Shown here piece by piece: positions 12,343 through 23,593 of a stretch of 64,000 nucleotides of DNA. The notes beneath the pieces were generated by a model. It was given only the letters and a program-made list of their open reading frames with translations. It was not told the DNA's origin and did no database searches. Positions within the stretch are counted from its first letter, which is position 1. Each line of letters opens with the position of its first letter. Both the position numbers and the translations under genes were made by a program. The stretch comes from Bacilli bacterium. Lineage in GTDB: Bacteria > Bacillota_I > Bacilli_A > RF39 > UBA660. The stretch spans positions 24,822 through 88,821 of the forward strand of contig JBJEEA010000042.1 in the NCBI GenBank assembly GCA_051872635.1, given 5' to 3'.

Positions 12343-12534
12343 TTACCCTTCTTTTCTCTCATTTAGAATAGTATTTATTCTAGCTACGGTCTTTCTTAGT
12401 TCTCTAATTCTAGAAGGTTTTTCTAGCATTCCAGTAGCTTTTTGCATTCTTAAATTAAATAGTTCTTCTTTACATTCTAGAACTTTTTTAGTAAGTTCTT
12501 CTGTGGTTAAATTTCTAAGTTCATTAGTTTTCAT
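12343..12534 (-). CDS. rpmC: 50S ribosomal protein L29
   Basis: [32 protein letters not shown] prefer the start at MKTNE; the track ORF extends to 12546. Confidence 0.93.
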   Translation of the reverse strand: MKTNELRNLTTEELTKKVLECKEELFNLRMQKATGMLEKPSRIRELRKTVARINTILNERKEG

Positions 12535-12955
12535 CCATCTCACCACTTTCTTCTTTCTTTACAAATTTACATTTGATAGGTAATTTGTGTGATGCAAGTC
12601 TAAGTGCTTCTCTAGCTGTTGCTTCATCAACACCATCTATTTCAAACATAATTTTTCCCTCTTTAACAACAGCAACCCAAAGTTCTGGATTTCCTTTACC
12701 TTTACCTTGTCTTGTTTCTAGAGGCTTTCTTGTTAGTGATAAATTAGGGAATATATTAATCCATACTTTACCACCTCTCTTCATATATCTAGTCATAGCA
12801 ATTCTGGCTGCTTCGATTTGTTGAGATGTAATCCAAGCTCCTTCTTTGGCCATAAGTCCATATTTACCGAAATGAAGGCTTGTATTTCCTTTAGCCTTTC
12901 CTTCATATGGAAGACGGAAAGTTTTTCTATGCTTAGTTCTCTTTGGCATTAACAT
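12524..12955 (-). CDS. rplP: 50S ribosomal protein L16
   Basis: [24 protein letters not shown] prefer the start at MLMPKR; the track ORF extends to 12985. Confidence 0.95.
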   Translation of the reverse strand: MLMPKRTKHRKTFRLPYEGKAKGNTSLHFGKYGLMAKEGAWITSQQIEAARIAMTRYMKRGGKVWINIFPNLSLTRKPLETRQGKGKGNPELWVAVVKEGKIMFEIDGVDEATAREALRLASHKLPIKCKFVKKEESGEMDEN

Positions 12956-13595
12956 GAGAATTACCTCCCTTACCAAGTATTTCACCTTTATAGATCCATA
13001 CTTTTACACCAATTTTTCCATATGTTGTATCAGCTTCAGCAGTAGCATAATCGATATTAGCTCTAAGGGTATGAAGAGGAATTGTTCCTTCTGAATATCC
13101 TTCACCACGAGCGATATCTGCTCCTCCTAGACGACCTGATACTAATGTTTTAATACCTTTTGCTCCAGCTTTCATAGTATTTCTAATAGCTTTCTTCTGT
13201 GCTACTCTGAATGAAACTCTATTTTCAATATTATGAGCAATATTTTGTGCGACAAGTTCCGCTACCATATCTGGGTTTTTAATTTCTACTACTGAGATTT
13301 GTACTTCTTCAGATACAAGTTTTGAAACTTCTTTTTTAATTTTTTCAATTTCAACACCGCTTTGTCCAATAATTAAACCTGGTTTTGAAGCGTAAATAAA
13401 TACTTCGCATCTCTTTGGATTTCTTTCAATAACGATTTGTGCAATACCAGCATTTTTAAATTTGTTATTTAAATACTTACGAATTTTGTAGTCATTGTTT
13501 AGGTATTTAGCATAATCTTTTTCAGCATACCACTTAGATTCCCAGTCTTTATTGATACCAATTCTAAGTCCTGTTGGACTAACTTTTTGTCCCAT
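12933..13595 (-). CDS. rpsC: 30S ribosomal protein S3
   Basis: [24 protein letters not shown] matches S3. Confidence 0.97.
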   Translation of the reverse strand: MGQKVSPTGLRIGINKDWESKWYAEKDYAKYLNNDYKIRKYLNNKFKNAGIAQIVIERNPKRCEVFIYASKPGLIIGQSGVEIEKIKKEVSKLVSEEVQISVVEIKNPDMVAELVAQNIAHNIENRVSFRVAQKKAIRNTMKAGAKGIKTLVSGRLGGADIARGEGYSEGTIPLHTLRANIDYATAEADTTYGKIGVKVWIYKGEILGKGGNSHVNAKEN

Positions 13596-13613
13596 TAAAG
13601 TGTCCTCCTTCTT

Positions 13614-13955
13614 TTATTTTTCAGCCACTACAATAGTTATGTGACTTGTTTTATGATCGTTTCTTCCTGTACGACCTCTTGAATCAAATTTAATTCTTTT
13701 AATTACTAATGCTTCATCAACGAAACATGTCTTCACATAAAGGTCTTCTTCCTTCATGCCAAAGTTATTAACAGCATTTGCTGTAGCAGACTCTAGTACT
13801 TTAGAAATTACTCTAGATGCTCTTTGTGGTTGATTAGCAAGAATAGCCCTTGCTTCTTCAACGCTTTTACCTCTTATTAAATCAATAATAAGTCTAGTCT
13901 TTCTAGGGGAAATTCTAACTGTCTTAGCTACTGCTTTTGCTTCAGTTCTTTCCAT
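13614..13955 (-). CDS. rplV: 50S ribosomal protein L22
   Basis: AKTVRISPRKTRLIIDLIRGKSVEEA matches L22. Confidence 0.96.
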   Translation of the reverse strand: MERTEAKAVAKTVRISPRKTRLIIDLIRGKSVEEARAILANQPQRASRVISKVLESATANAVNNFGMKEEDLYVKTCFVDEALVIKRIKFDSRGRTGRNDHKTSHITIVVAEK

Positions 13956-13975
13956 TTTTTTCCTCCTTTAGAAAA

Positions 13976-14242
13976 TTATTTCTTATCTGATCCGTGTCCG
14001 CCAAATTTTCTAGTAAGGGAAAATTCACCTAATTTATGTCCAACCATATCTTCAGTTACATATACAGGAATGAATTCCTTACCATTGTGTACGGCGAAAG
14101 TATGACCAATAAATTCAGGATAGATTGTCGAACGACGAGACCAAGTTTTAATAACTTCCTTCTTACCAGATTCATTTAATGCTCTTACTTTCTTTAATAA
14201 TCTATCAAAGACATAAGGTCCTTTTTTAATACTTCTAGCCAT
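13976..14242 (-). CDS. rpsS: 30S ribosomal protein S19
   Basis: [11 protein letters not shown]...[23 protein letters not shown] matches S19. Confidence 0.97.
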   Translation of the reverse strand: MARSIKKGPYVFDRLLKKVRALNESGKKEVIKTWSRRSTIYPEFIGHTFAVHNGKEFIPVYVTEDMVGHKLGEFSLTRKFGGHGSDKK

Positions 14243-14259
14243 TTTTAATCTTCCTTTCT

Positions 14260-15090
14260 TTATTTCTTACGACGAGTCACGATATATTTATCTGACTGCT
14301 TTTTATTTTTTCTTGTCTTATATCCAAGAGCAGGTTTACCCCAAGGTGTCATAGGTCCACTTCTACCAATTGGAGCTCTACCTTCACCACCACCATGTGG
14401 GTGATCATTAGGGTTCATAACAGAACCACGTACAGTAGGTCTAAAGCCTTTATGTCTAGTACGTCCTGCTTTACCAATCTTAACAAGTGAATAATCTTCA
14501 TTTCCTACTACACCAACAGTAGCTCTACAAGTACCTAATACTTTTCTAGTTTCACCACTAGATAATCTTATTAGTACATATTTATCTTCTCTACCAAGGA
14601 TTTGAGCTGATGCACCAGCACTTCTTGCAAGAGTAGCACCTTTACCAGGTTTAAGTTCAATATTATGAATTACTGTTCCAACAGGAATATTCATTATTGG
14701 AAGAGCATTTCCAACTTTTATATCAGCATTTTCTCCAGACTCTACTACATCTCCTACTTTTAAACCTTTAGGAGCTATAATATAAGCTTTTTCTCCATCT
14801 TTATATGTAAGTAGTGCAATATTAGCACTTCTATTAGGATCGTATTCGATAGCAGATACCATAGCAGTAATTCCATCTTTTCTTCTCTTGAAGTCGATGA
14901 TTCTGTATTTTCTCTTAACTCCGCCACCTCTATGTCTAACAGTTATTTTTCCTTGATTATTTCTACCATTAGTCTTCTTTTTAGTTACTGTTAGACTTTT
15001 TTCTGGAGTACTTTTAGTAATTTCTTCACTTGTCAAAACAGATCTTTGTCTTGTACCAGGTGTATTTGGTTTATAAACTCTTATTGCCAT
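14260..15090 (-). CDS. rplB: 50S ribosomal protein L2
   Basis: [15 protein letters not shown]...[16 protein letters not shown] matches L2. Confidence 0.97.
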   Translation of the reverse strand: MAIRVYKPNTPGTRQRSVLTSEEITKSTPEKSLTVTKKKTNGRNNQGKITVRHRGGGVKRKYRIIDFKRRKDGITAMVSAIEYDPNRSANIALLTYKDGEKAYIIAPKGLKVGDVVESGENADIKVGNALPIMNIPVGTVIHNIELKPGKGATLARSAGASAQILGREDKYVLIRLSSGETRKVLGTCRATVGVVGNEDYSLVKIGKAGRTRHKGFRPTVRGSVMNPNDHPHGGGEGRAPIGRSGPMTPWGKPALGYKTRKNKKQSDKYIVTRRKK

Positions 15091-15108
15091 TTTATTTTCC
15101 TCCTTTTA

Positions 15109-15384
15109 TTAGTCAAAACTAATAGTATTTCCTTTCGCCAAAGTTACGATGGCTTTTTTATATTTATTAGTCATGCCTGTATATTTTCCAACTCTCTTTT
15201 TCTTTGGATGAGAGTTAACAATATTTACTGAAACAACTTTAACATTGAATTTCTTTTCAACAGCTTGTTTAACTTCTGTCTTGTTTGCTTTATTTGCTAC
15301 TTTGAAAGCATATTTGCCTTCGGCTTCCATACCGGCTGTTTTTTCAGTAATTATTGGTGCTAAAATTATATCTAAATAATTCAT
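15109..15384 (-). CDS. rplW: 50S ribosomal protein L23
   Basis: [10 protein letters not shown]...KYAFKV matches L23. It lies between rplD and rplB. Confidence 0.94.
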   Translation of the reverse strand: MNYLDIILAPIITEKTAGMEAEGKYAFKVANKANKTEVKQAVEKKFNVKVVSVNIVNSHPKKKRVGKYTGMTNKYKKAIVTLAKGNTISFD

Positions 15385-16013
15385 TATTTAAGCACCTCCT
15401 CTAAAGTTTTTAAAGCTTCTTCTTCGATAAGTAAATTATCAGATGAAACTAAATCGTATGTATTTACTTCACTTGGAAGTACAACTTTAATATTAGCTAA
15501 GTTTCTAGCAGCTAAGCAAACATTATCAGTAAGTTCATTTACGCATACTAGTACTTTATTATTAGTTATATTTAAACTTCCTAGCAATTCTAACATTTCT
15601 TTAGTTTTATTAGTTTCAAATTTAATAGTATCTACTACGATAAGTTCTTTATCTAATACTTTATAAGATAAAGCACTCTTTAAAGCTAATTTTTTTTCTT
15701 TTTTATTCATTTTCTTTGAATAATCTCTTGGTACTGGTCCAAAGACGATTCCACCATGGCGATATTGTGTTGCTCTTATGCTTCCTTGTCTTGCATTACC
15801 AGTTCCTTTTTGTCTATATGGTTTTCTGCCACCACCAGATACTTCGCTTCTAGTTTTAGTTTTAGCAGTACCTTGTCTTGCTCCTGCCATAGCTGCTACT
15901 ACAGCATCTTTAACAACAGCATCATTAGGTTCTACATTAAATATGTTATCTTCTAATTTTATATCCTTTACCTTTTCGCCTTTTATGTTTAAAACATCTA
16001 TTTTCTTAGACAT
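15384..16013 (-). CDS. rplD: 50S ribosomal protein L4
   Basis: [30 protein letters not shown] matches L4. Confidence 0.96.
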   Translation of the reverse strand: MSKKIDVLNIKGEKVKDIKLEDNIFNVEPNDAVVKDAVVAAMAGARQGTAKTKTRSEVSGGGRKPYRQKGTGNARQGSIRATQYRHGGIVFGPVPRDYSKKMNKKEKKLALKSALSYKVLDKELIVVDTIKFETNKTKEMLELLGSLNITNNKVLVCVNELTDNVCLAARNLANIKVVLPSEVNTYDLVSSDNLLIEEEALKTLEEVLK

Positions 16014-16078
16014 AATTTCCTCCTTTTATCATCACAATTTTATTTTTTGCTCAACTATTATAATTTAGACAATAATAT

Positions 16079-16840
16079 TTAAGCATTTTCTTGTTCTTGT
16101 GATGTTTCTTCACTCTCTAGTTCTTCGTTAATAGTTTCCATAGTTTCTTCTACTACATCTTCAGTAGTTTTACCATCTTCATAAACTACTAACTCTACTG
16201 GAGTATTTGCTTTATCACCAGTTTTAACAGCAGTCCTTACAAGTACTAAAGAGTTTTTAGGTCCAGGAACGCTTCCTTTAATTAAGATAACATTATTTTC
16301 TAAATCAACCTTGATAACTTCTAGGTTTTGAATGGTAACTTGTTCATGTCCCATATGTCCAGGTAATTTCTTTCCTGGTAAAACTCTCATGGGAAGCATT
16401 GTTCCCATTGAACCTACTCCTCTATGGTATTGTGAACCATGGCTCATAGGTCCTCTACTTTGGTTATATCTTTTAATAACACCTTGAAAACCTTTACCTT
16501 TAGAAGTGCCGGTTACATCAACCATTTCTCCTGCTGTAAATGTGTCTGCTTTAAGTACATCTCCTAAAGCATAAGTTTGTACATCCACACCTCTAATTTC
16601 TTTTAAGAAGCGCTTAGGGGTTGTCGATGCTTTCTTTAAATGACCTGTTTCAGGTTTATTACTACGAGAAGCTTTTTTCTCTACTGTTGCAAGTTGAATT
16701 GCTTCATATCCGTCAGTTTCTTTAGTTTTAATCTGTGATACAACATTATCTTCAACTTCGATAACAGTTACAGGAATAAGTTTTCCATCAGTAGTAAATA
16801 CTTCAGTCATTCCTTTTTTTCTTCCTAAGATTCCTTTCAT
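16079..16840 (-). CDS. rplC: 50S ribosomal protein L3 with an acidic C-terminal extension of about 45 aa
   Basis: [16 protein letters not shown]...[12 protein letters not shown] matches L3. The tail reads ...[23 protein letters not shown]. Confidence 0.95.
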   Translation of the reverse strand: MKGILGRKKGMTEVFTTDGKLIPVTVIEVEDNVVSQIKTKETDGYEAIQLATVEKKASRSNKPETGHLKKASTTPKRFLKEIRGVDVQTYALGDVLKADTFTAGEMVDVTGTSKGKGFQGVIKRYNQSRGPMSHGSQYHRGVGSMGTMLPMRVLPGKKLPGHMGHEQVTIQNLEVIKVDLENNVILIKGSVPGPKNSLVLVRTAVKTGDKANTPVELVVYEDGKTTEDVVEETMETINEELESEETSQEQENA

Positions 16841-16852
16841 TTTTTCCTCCTA

Positions 16853-17161
16853 CTATTTTTTAATTTGAATATCAACACCACTTGGTAAATCTAAATGAGC
16901 TAGTGCGTCAATTGTTTCCTTACTAGGGTTCTTGATATCAATTAGTCTTTTGTGAGTTCTCTTTTCGAACTGTTCTCTTGAATCCTTGTACTTATGTACC
17001 GCTCTTAAAATTGTAATTTTTTCAATTTCAGTTGGTAGTGGTACAGGGCCAGATACTTCTCCACCAGTTCTCTTAACAGTAGCTACTATTTTAGCAGCAG
17101 CATTATCAAGAACTCTATGGTCGTAAGCTTTTAATTTGATTCTCACGATTTCTTTTGCCAT
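16853..17161 (-). CDS. rpsJ: 30S ribosomal protein S10
   Basis: [14 protein letters not shown]...GPVPLPT matches S10. Confidence 0.97.
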   Translation of the reverse strand: MAKEIVRIKLKAYDHRVLDNAAAKIVATVKRTGGEVSGPVPLPTEIEKITILRAVHKYKDSREQFEKRTHKRLIDIKNPSKETIDALAHLDLPSGVDIQIKK

Positions 17162-17295
17162 TGTTGTCCTCCCTTCGCCTATATCTTGGTATAGACATAG
17201 CTCCGAACGAATTACCTGATAACCCTATATTTTATTTGACAACTTAACCGGGTGTATCAGCAACTTCGCACATCTAAGCCAGTCACACTTCTACA

Positions 17296-17324
17296 ATTAT
17301 ACCCTATTATTTTATTAAAATCAA
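17296..17324 (-). promoter_or_regulatory. SigA-type promoter of the ribosomal cluster
   Basis: On the minus strand, TTGATT (17319-17324), a 17 nt spacer and TATAAT (17296-17301). A leader of about 130 nt follows before the rpsJ ATG. Confidence 0.55.
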
Positions 17325-17421
17325 GCAAAATAATGACTTTTTTTCAATTTTTTTGTTGCTACTGCATCATAATTAAGGTAGAAAATATAAAAAGCATGAC
17401 TTTTTAAGGCCATACTATTTT

Positions 17422-18693
17422 TTATCTAGTCCATTCAAATTCAAAATCTAATATTTTAACTGTATCTCCTTCTTTAATACCCATTTTTTCAAGTTCTTCA
17501 TCAACGCCTAATTTTCTAAGTCTATTTGAAAAATGTTCATAGGCTTCTTCGGTATTAAAGTTTGTCATTCTAAATAATTTTTCAACAGTATCTCCTTTTA
17601 TAATATAAGTGTCATTATCATTTATTATATTAAAGGCTTTTTCTTTTTTGAATTTATATAAAACGTGGCTTTCTTGAATATTTTCTTCATACAGATCTTC
17701 ACGTTCTAATGACTTAGTCATATCAGACAATTTATTTATTACTTTATCTAATCCTTCATTTACTAAGGCAGTAACTTCAAAAATATCTTTATTGTTTACT
17801 TTCTTTCGAAACTCTTTTAAGTTATTTTTTGCTTTTACTCCATCCATCTTGTTAGCAATTATTATTTCTGGTTTCATAAGAAGTTTGGGGCTGAATTCTT
17901 CTAACTCTTTTCTTATTTTTATATAATCATCATAAGGATTTCTGCCTTCTTCACCAGCCATGTCAATAACATGAGCAATTATTTTAGTTCTTTCTATATG
18001 TTTAAGGAACTTATGGCCTAAACCTACTCCCGAACTTGCTCCTTCGATAAGGCCAGGAAGATCAGCAACAACGAAATCATTATCTTCAGTTTTTACTACA
18101 CCTAAATTAGGTGATAATGTAGTAAAATGATAACTTGCTATTTTGGGATTTGCATTAGATATCATTGAAAGAATGGTACTTTTGCCAACTGAAGGCATAC
18201 CAACTAGACCAACATCGGCCATCATGCGAAGTTCTACTTTGATATTTCTAACTTCGCCTGGTTCACCTTTTTCGGCATATGATGGACATGGATTGCTTCT
18301 TGTAGCTAGACTTACATTGCCTCTTCCACCTCTTCCACCATAAGCAATAGTGGCCTCCTCTCCAACTTTTGTTAAATCAGCTATTATAACACCAGTATCA
18401 GCATCCTTTATCGTCGTACCAATGGGAACTTTTACTTTGATATCATCACTATTACTACCATTTTTATTTTTACCTTCACCATTGCTACCATTATTTCCTT
18501 TGATTCTTTTTTGATATCTTAAATCTATTAGTGTATGAAGGCCAGGGTCAGCTTTAAAAATTATATCTGAACCTTTTCCACCGGAACCACCATATGGTCC
18601 ACCCATAGGAATATATTTCTCACGGCGATATGCCATACAGCCATTTCCACCACTACCAGCTTCAACGGTCATAATTACTTCATCGACAAACAT
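17422..18693 (-). CDS. obg: GTPase Obg/CgtA
   Basis: MFVDEV...EAGSGGNGCMAYRREKY is the Gly-rich Obg fold. G-domain motifs GMPSVGKST and DLPGLIEGA are present, plus the C-terminal OCT domain. Confidence 0.95.
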   Translation of the reverse strand: MFVDEVIMTVEAGSGGNGCMAYRREKYIPMGGPYGGSGGKGSDIIFKADPGLHTLIDLRYQKRIKGNNGSNGEGKNKNGSNSDDIKVKVPIGTTIKDADTGVIIADLTKVGEEATIAYGGRGGRGNVSLATRSNPCPSYAEKGEPGEVRNIKVELRMMADVGLVGMPSVGKSTILSMISNANPKIASYHFTTLSPNLGVVKTEDNDFVVADLPGLIEGASSGVGLGHKFLKHIERTKIIAHVIDMAGEEGRNPYDDYIKIRKELEEFSPKLLMKPEIIIANKMDGVKAKNNLKEFRKKVNNKDIFEVTALVNEGLDKVINKLSDMTKSLEREDLYEENIQESHVLYKFKKEKAFNIINDNDTYIIKGDTVEKLFRMTNFNTEEAYEHFSNRLRKLGVDEELEKMGIKEGDTVKILDFEFEWTR

Positions 18694-18786
18694 ATTATCA
18701 TCTACCCTTCATATTTTACTTTATAAATAACTACTAATGCTAAAATAATAATTAATATTAAGTATATTCCTGTTACCCATATAATT

Positions 18787-21099
18787 CTAGGAATATTTAG
18801 TTTTCTTTTTTCTTTCATTTATAAATCCTCTCACTTTCAATATAACTTTATCGTACATTTCTTCAAGAAAATCGATAATGTACGTATCAATAAATCCAAG
18901 TAGAGAAATAAAAATAATACTTACTATATCAAATTTTGTCACTAAAAACAAGTCTGGAAGTAATATTAATAACTCAAAAAAGGATATACTGCAAAAAATG
19001 AGTAATATTTTACGCCATAGATTTAATGGTTTACATATTTTATATAGTAACCTAAGTGTAATTAAACCTGTTAGAGAGACTACTACTAACCTATAGTCTT
19101 CAAAGTTTTTATTAAAAATCGTGCAAAACATAATTACAATAAAGACATTTAAAACAACGACTATTCCATTTGGAAGAGCGTTTCTAAATACTTTTTCTAT
19201 AAATCCTTTGGATACTTTTGTATAATTAGGTTCAAGAGCTAAAAAGAATGATGGTAGTCCTACACATATTGAACTAATAAGGGATAATTGTATTGGATAA
19301 AATGGGTACTCATAAGTTAAGATAATTGATAATAATGACAGTAAAAGTGAATATGTTGTCTTAATTAAATACATAGAAGATACTCTTTCAATATTATTAA
19401 CAACTCTTCTTCCTTCATTTACAATACTTGGAAGTACTGAAAAGTCACTGGTAGTTAAAACAACGTCTGATACGCTTCTTGCAGCATTAATTCCCGATGC
19501 TAGAGCAATTCCACAATCAGCTTCTTTTAATGCTAGAATGTCGTTTACGCCGTCTCCAATCATTGCAGTTGTACTATTTTCCTTAAGAGCTTTTATAACC
19601 ATTTGTTTTTGCTTAGGCGTCATTCTGCCAAATATCTTCATTTCATGGGCTACTTTAATAAGCTCTTGATAATCATTTGGTAAATCTTTGCCTTCAATAT
19701 ATTTATCATAACCATTAAAATCTAAGCCTTTTAATATGTTAGATACAGTGATGGGATTATCTCCAGATATTATTTTTAGTTCAACACCTTGCTCTTCAAA
19801 ATATTTTAAAGTTTCTTTAGCAGATGGCCTTACATTATCTTTTAAAATTATAAAGGCAATTACTCTTAGTTCTTCTTTCTCTCTTGCTAAAGTTATAATG
19901 CGGTATCCTTTTTCTAAGTATTTTTTTAATTCTATATAGTTAGTTATTTTTTCATCTGTTATGTATTCTAATGCTCCAAGATAATATTTAGTATCATCAA
20001 TAGTGGTAATACTACATTTTTTTTGAGATGAAAAAGGTATTCTATCTGTGACATTTAAGTTATTTTTAATACCATATTTATTTTTTAAGGCAATATCCGT
20101 AGAGTTATTAGCTTCTTTGGTACATATATTGCTAATTATATCTTCAACATTAATTCTTTTATCTAGTGAAATTAAATCTACTACTTCCATTGTTCCATCT
20201 GTTATTGTACCAGTTTTATCTAAGCATAGAATGTCAGTGCATGATAAAATTTCAATACCATGAAGTCTTTCTATCACAACATTTTTTTTAGCCATTTTAA
20301 TTACTCCTGCAGTTAGAGCAATAGAAGTTAAAAGTACTAGCCCTTCAGGAATCATTCCAATGATACCAGCGACTACTCCTAAAATCGCTTCACTATATGT
20401 TTGATGACTATAGAAGTATTGAGTTATAAAAAGAAGAAGTCCTACTGGAATAATTAATACTGTAACAATTTTTAATATTTTATTAATAGCATTTTGCAAA
20501 TAAGAAGAATTATCCCCAATAGTAGTGGCCTCTTTAATTAAATTGTTGGCATAATTATTTCTGCCAACACTAATTACTTTGGCATAAGCATTTCCACTAG
20601 TTACTACTGAACCAGATATAATCTTATCACCCTTTTTCTTTAATATAGCATCGGGTTCTCCAGTTATAATTGATTCATCGACTTCTAAATTACTTGATTT
20701 TAGCACTTCTAAATCTACTACTATAGAATCTCCTGATGACAAGTAGACAAGATCATCTATTACTATTTCTTCTTTTAAAATTTCTTTTTTTTCACCATCT
20801 CTTATGACTAAGACTTTATCTTGATTAGTAACTTTTATACTGTCTAATATTTTTTTAGCTTTTATTTCTTGAAAAATGGAAATAAAAGTATTAAAAATAA
20901 TAGTTCCGATAAAAAGGGTGTTTTGAAATGATCCTGTTGTTAAAACCAGCACAGCAAGTGATAAATTTAGAATATTAAATAGTGTAATGGTATTTGATAA
21001 AATTATTTCTTTAATACTTCTTGTATATTTTATTTTTTCATTATTGGTCATGCCATTATTTATTCGATATTCAACATCTTGTCTACTAAGTCCATTCAT
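18787..21099 (-). CDS. cation-transporting P-type ATPase (770 aa)
   Basis: Motifs TGEPDA, PEGL, CLDKTGTITDG and GDGVNDILAL, with multiple TM helices. Confidence 0.85.
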   Translation of the reverse strand: MNGLSRQDVEYRINNGMTNNEKIKYTRSIKEIILSNTITLFNILNLSLAVLVLTTGSFQNTLFIGTIIFNTFISIFQEIKAKKILDSIKVTNQDKVLVIRDGEKKEILKEEIVIDDLVYLSSGDSIVVDLEVLKSSNLEVDESIITGEPDAILKKKGDKIISGSVVTSGNAYAKVISVGRNNYANNLIKEATTIGDNSSYLQNAINKILKIVTVLIIPVGLLLFITQYFYSHQTYSEAILGVVAGIIGMIPEGLVLLTSIALTAGVIKMAKKNVVIERLHGIEILSCTDILCLDKTGTITDGTMEVVDLISLDKRINVEDIISNICTKEANNSTDIALKNKYGIKNNLNVTDRIPFSSQKKCSITTIDDTKYYLGALEYITDEKITNYIELKKYLEKGYRIITLAREKEELRVIAFIILKDNVRPSAKETLKYFEEQGVELKIISGDNPITVSNILKGLDFNGYDKYIEGKDLPNDYQELIKVAHEMKIFGRMTPKQKQMVIKALKENSTTAMIGDGVNDILALKEADCGIALASGINAARSVSDVVLTTSDFSVLPSIVNEGRRVVNNIERVSSMYLIKTTYSLLLSLLSIILTYEYPFYPIQLSLISSICVGLPSFFLALEPNYTKVSKGFIEKVFRNALPNGIVVVLNVFIVIMFCTIFNKNFEDYRLVVVSLTGLITLRLLYKICKPLNLWRKILLIFCSISFFELLILLPDLFLVTKFDIVSIIFISLLGFIDTYIIDFLEEMYDKVILKVRGFINERKKKTKYS

Positions 21100-21138
21100 A
21101 TTTTTCCTCCTATGTAAAAAGGGGCTATAGCCCTCTTT

Positions 21139-22344
21139 TTATCTTCTAAAATATCCACCACCACTATATATTAGGCTTGGAAAGTTAAATAAATTTCTTG
21201 GATTAAATGAATTACTGTTAAAGCTGTATGCATTATGTCCATAAGCTAAACCAAAGTGTAAATGAGCTCCACTTGTACAATTGTCGTAAGAAGAAGTACT
21301 TCCACCTCCAACACCACCGATTACAGTAGTCGGAGTGACAACCTGATTTTCAGATACATTAATATAGAGTAAATGCATATATACGGAAGTATATGGTATG
21401 CCATTTACACTATGATAAACATATACCATATTTCCGCCACAGCTTGAGCGGTATACAACTCTTGCTACTACTCCATTGGCAGCTGCATAAACATTTGTAC
21501 CTTCACTTACACAGTCTAAGTCTATTCCATGATGTGAGCCACCACCAGACCAGTCATCTCTAATATTATAACCAGTATATTCACTAGTTACACATCCCCA
21601 TGTTAATGGATAATTCCAACCCGTTGCATTAATTATTGTTCCGCTGCTTTGACCGCATGTTAAAATATTCTCATTATTCTTACAGCCTTTATCTTCATAT
21701 CTTTTAATTTCTTTTTTCATGTCAGCAATATCTTGTTCAACTGTAGTTCCTTCTTCTTCATAGCCTGCTAGACTAGTCCTTAATGTAACTAGTTTACTAT
21801 TTAACTCAGAACTAGTATTTTGTAAATTAGCTTGTTTTGTATTTAATTCTGTTTTTTTAGTTTCAAGTTCACTTACTAAACTTTTTAATTCTTCCATTAA
21901 ATTATTATTATATTCAGTAAGCTGAGATACAACAGAATACCTATATATAAAGTCAGTGTAAGAATCAGCTTCAAAAATATATTCTAAGTAAACATTCTCA
22001 CCAGATGAAACCTGAAGAAACTTGAGAAGTTCATCTGTTTCTTTTCTTTTTTCCTCGATTTGTTTTTCATTATCTTGGATATCTTGCTCTGTTTTGGCTA
22101 TATCTGACTTTATTGCATTAAGATTAGCAGTAATAGTATTTATTTCACTTGTTAATGAGTCTATTTGATCTTTAGTTAGATTTTTGTTATTCTTAGCCGT
22201 TTCATACTTTTTTTCTAAATCTGCCAATTCATTTTTTAAATCACCAAGGGTTTTAGCAGAAACATTATAGCTTGGAATAATTAGCATAATTAACATAGTT
22301 ATTAGTGTAAATAGTATTATTTTTTTACTCATTTTATCACACAT
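21139..22344 (-). CDS. secreted M23 family metallopeptidase with an N-terminal coiled coil
   Basis: Signal or TM segment, a long heptad-like region, and C-terminal GGSHHGIDL ... HLHFG, which are M23 HxxxD and HxH motifs. The start could instead be MSKKII at 22332. Confidence 0.8.
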   Translation of the reverse strand: MCDKMSKKIILFTLITMLIMLIIPSYNVSAKTLGDLKNELADLEKKYETAKNNKNLTKDQIDSLTSEINTITANLNAIKSDIAKTEQDIQDNEKQIEEKRKETDELLKFLQVSSGENVYLEYIFEADSYTDFIYRYSVVSQLTEYNNNLMEELKSLVSELETKKTELNTKQANLQNTSSELNSKLVTLRTSLAGYEEEGTTVEQDIADMKKEIKRYEDKGCKNNENILTCGQSSGTIINATGWNYPLTWGCVTSEYTGYNIRDDWSGGGSHHGIDLDCVSEGTNVYAAANGVVARVVYRSSCGGNMVYVYHSVNGIPYTSVYMHLLYINVSENQVVTPTTVIGGVGGGSTSSYDNCTSGAHLHFGLAYGHNAYSFNSNSFNPRNLFNFPSLIYSGGGYFRR

Positions 22345-22449
22345 CTTTCATAACTAATTATATAGTAAATATTATTTTTAGTCAACTAAATAAAATTAAG
22401 TTTTCATGTATTTACACTTATAATGATTATTAATTTAGATTATTTTATA

Positions 22450-23535
22450 CTATTTAACTTTTGGATTTTCTCGATTAATAAAGCCTACTACTAATATAAA
22501 TGCTATAGAAATGTATAAAATTATTTTTATATTATTAATAAAATAACTAATTATACAAATTAAACATCTAACTAAGCAAAAAATAGTTTCTGTGATAATG
22601 AGATATCCTTTGATATTTACATTTCTATTAACATTATAAATATTTTCAGCTGATACTATATCAAACATTTTAATACCAAGTCCTTCAAATAATACTATGA
22701 CTAACATTAAATATTTATTTTTTACATTTAACTTTAGAATTAGGAATATGCAAAATATAATATTTAAATATTTAAAATATTTTTTATCATTTATTTTTCT
22801 TACAAAGAAATATATAAACAAACAAGAAGATATTCCCAAAAATACATTAAATAGACCAATATATTTAAGACTACCATCAACGTATAAATATAAAAATAAC
22901 GGTTGAAGACTTAGATTAATAACTTTTGCCTGTTCAAAAATAAAAAAGAGAGCCTTTTTTATAGAAATATGAGGATACTCTATTTTATTTTCTTCGCAAC
23001 TTTCATTAAATTTAAATAAGAAAATAGTAGCTATGACGGAAATTACAATTATGATAATAGCTAAAGTGATAAGAGATAATTTACTTTGAATATAAGAAGC
23101 AATGAGTGAAGAAAATATTACAGCTATATTTGTATAAATAAGAATGCTACCTATGTCTTCTTTTTTATGTTCATGCATTGCTTTAAGCGCAAAATAGTGC
23201 CTTAAGATATGATAAGTATAGGATCCTATTCCGTATATAATTCCAAATATTATAAGGTTAACTATAGTTTTATCCATAACTGACATAAAATAGAAACTAA
23301 AGCTAAATATAATAGAGGATAACATTAAAATGTATTTTTCTTTTATTATTTTAGTTAAATACATTGTTATAATACTGGTAATAAATCCGGTAAAATATAG
23401 TACACTAAAAAATAGTAAAATATTTTGTAGTGTATAACCCATCTTATATAATAATACTGAAGAGAATACTTCAACTATGTTTCTAGCTATTGTCGACATT
23501 AATATAAATAAATTATATCTCTTCATATTAGACAT
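22450..23535 (-). CDS. polytopic membrane protein, MFS-like transporter
   Basis: 361 aa with about 10-12 hydrophobic helices. The family assignment is tentative. Confidence 0.5.
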   Translation of the reverse strand: MSNMKRYNLFILMSTIARNIVEVFSSVLLYKMGYTLQNILLFFSVLYFTGFITSIITMYLTKIIKEKYILMLSSIIFSFSFYFMSVMDKTIVNLIIFGIIYGIGSYTYHILRHYFALKAMHEHKKEDIGSILIYTNIAVIFSSLIASYIQSKLSLITLAIIIIVISVIATIFLFKFNESCEENKIEYPHISIKKALFFIFEQAKVINLSLQPLFLYLYVDGSLKYIGLFNVFLGISSCLFIYFFVRKINDKKYFKYLNIIFCIFLILKLNVKNKYLMLVIVLFEGLGIKMFDIVSAENIYNVNRNVNIKGYLIITETIFCLVRCLICIISYFINNIKIILYISIAFILVVGFINRENPKVK

Positions 23536-23593
23536 CTTATCACCTTACTTATAGTATGTATTTTTTTTATTTTATGATACAATATAACTTGAG

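Noticed and set aside
18694-18786. A possible tiny ORF (MGNRNILNINYYFSISSYL) between obg and the P-type ATPase gene.
   Set aside because: It is only 19 codons long, has no SD, and overlaps the ATPase gene's 3' end. There is no supporting evidence.
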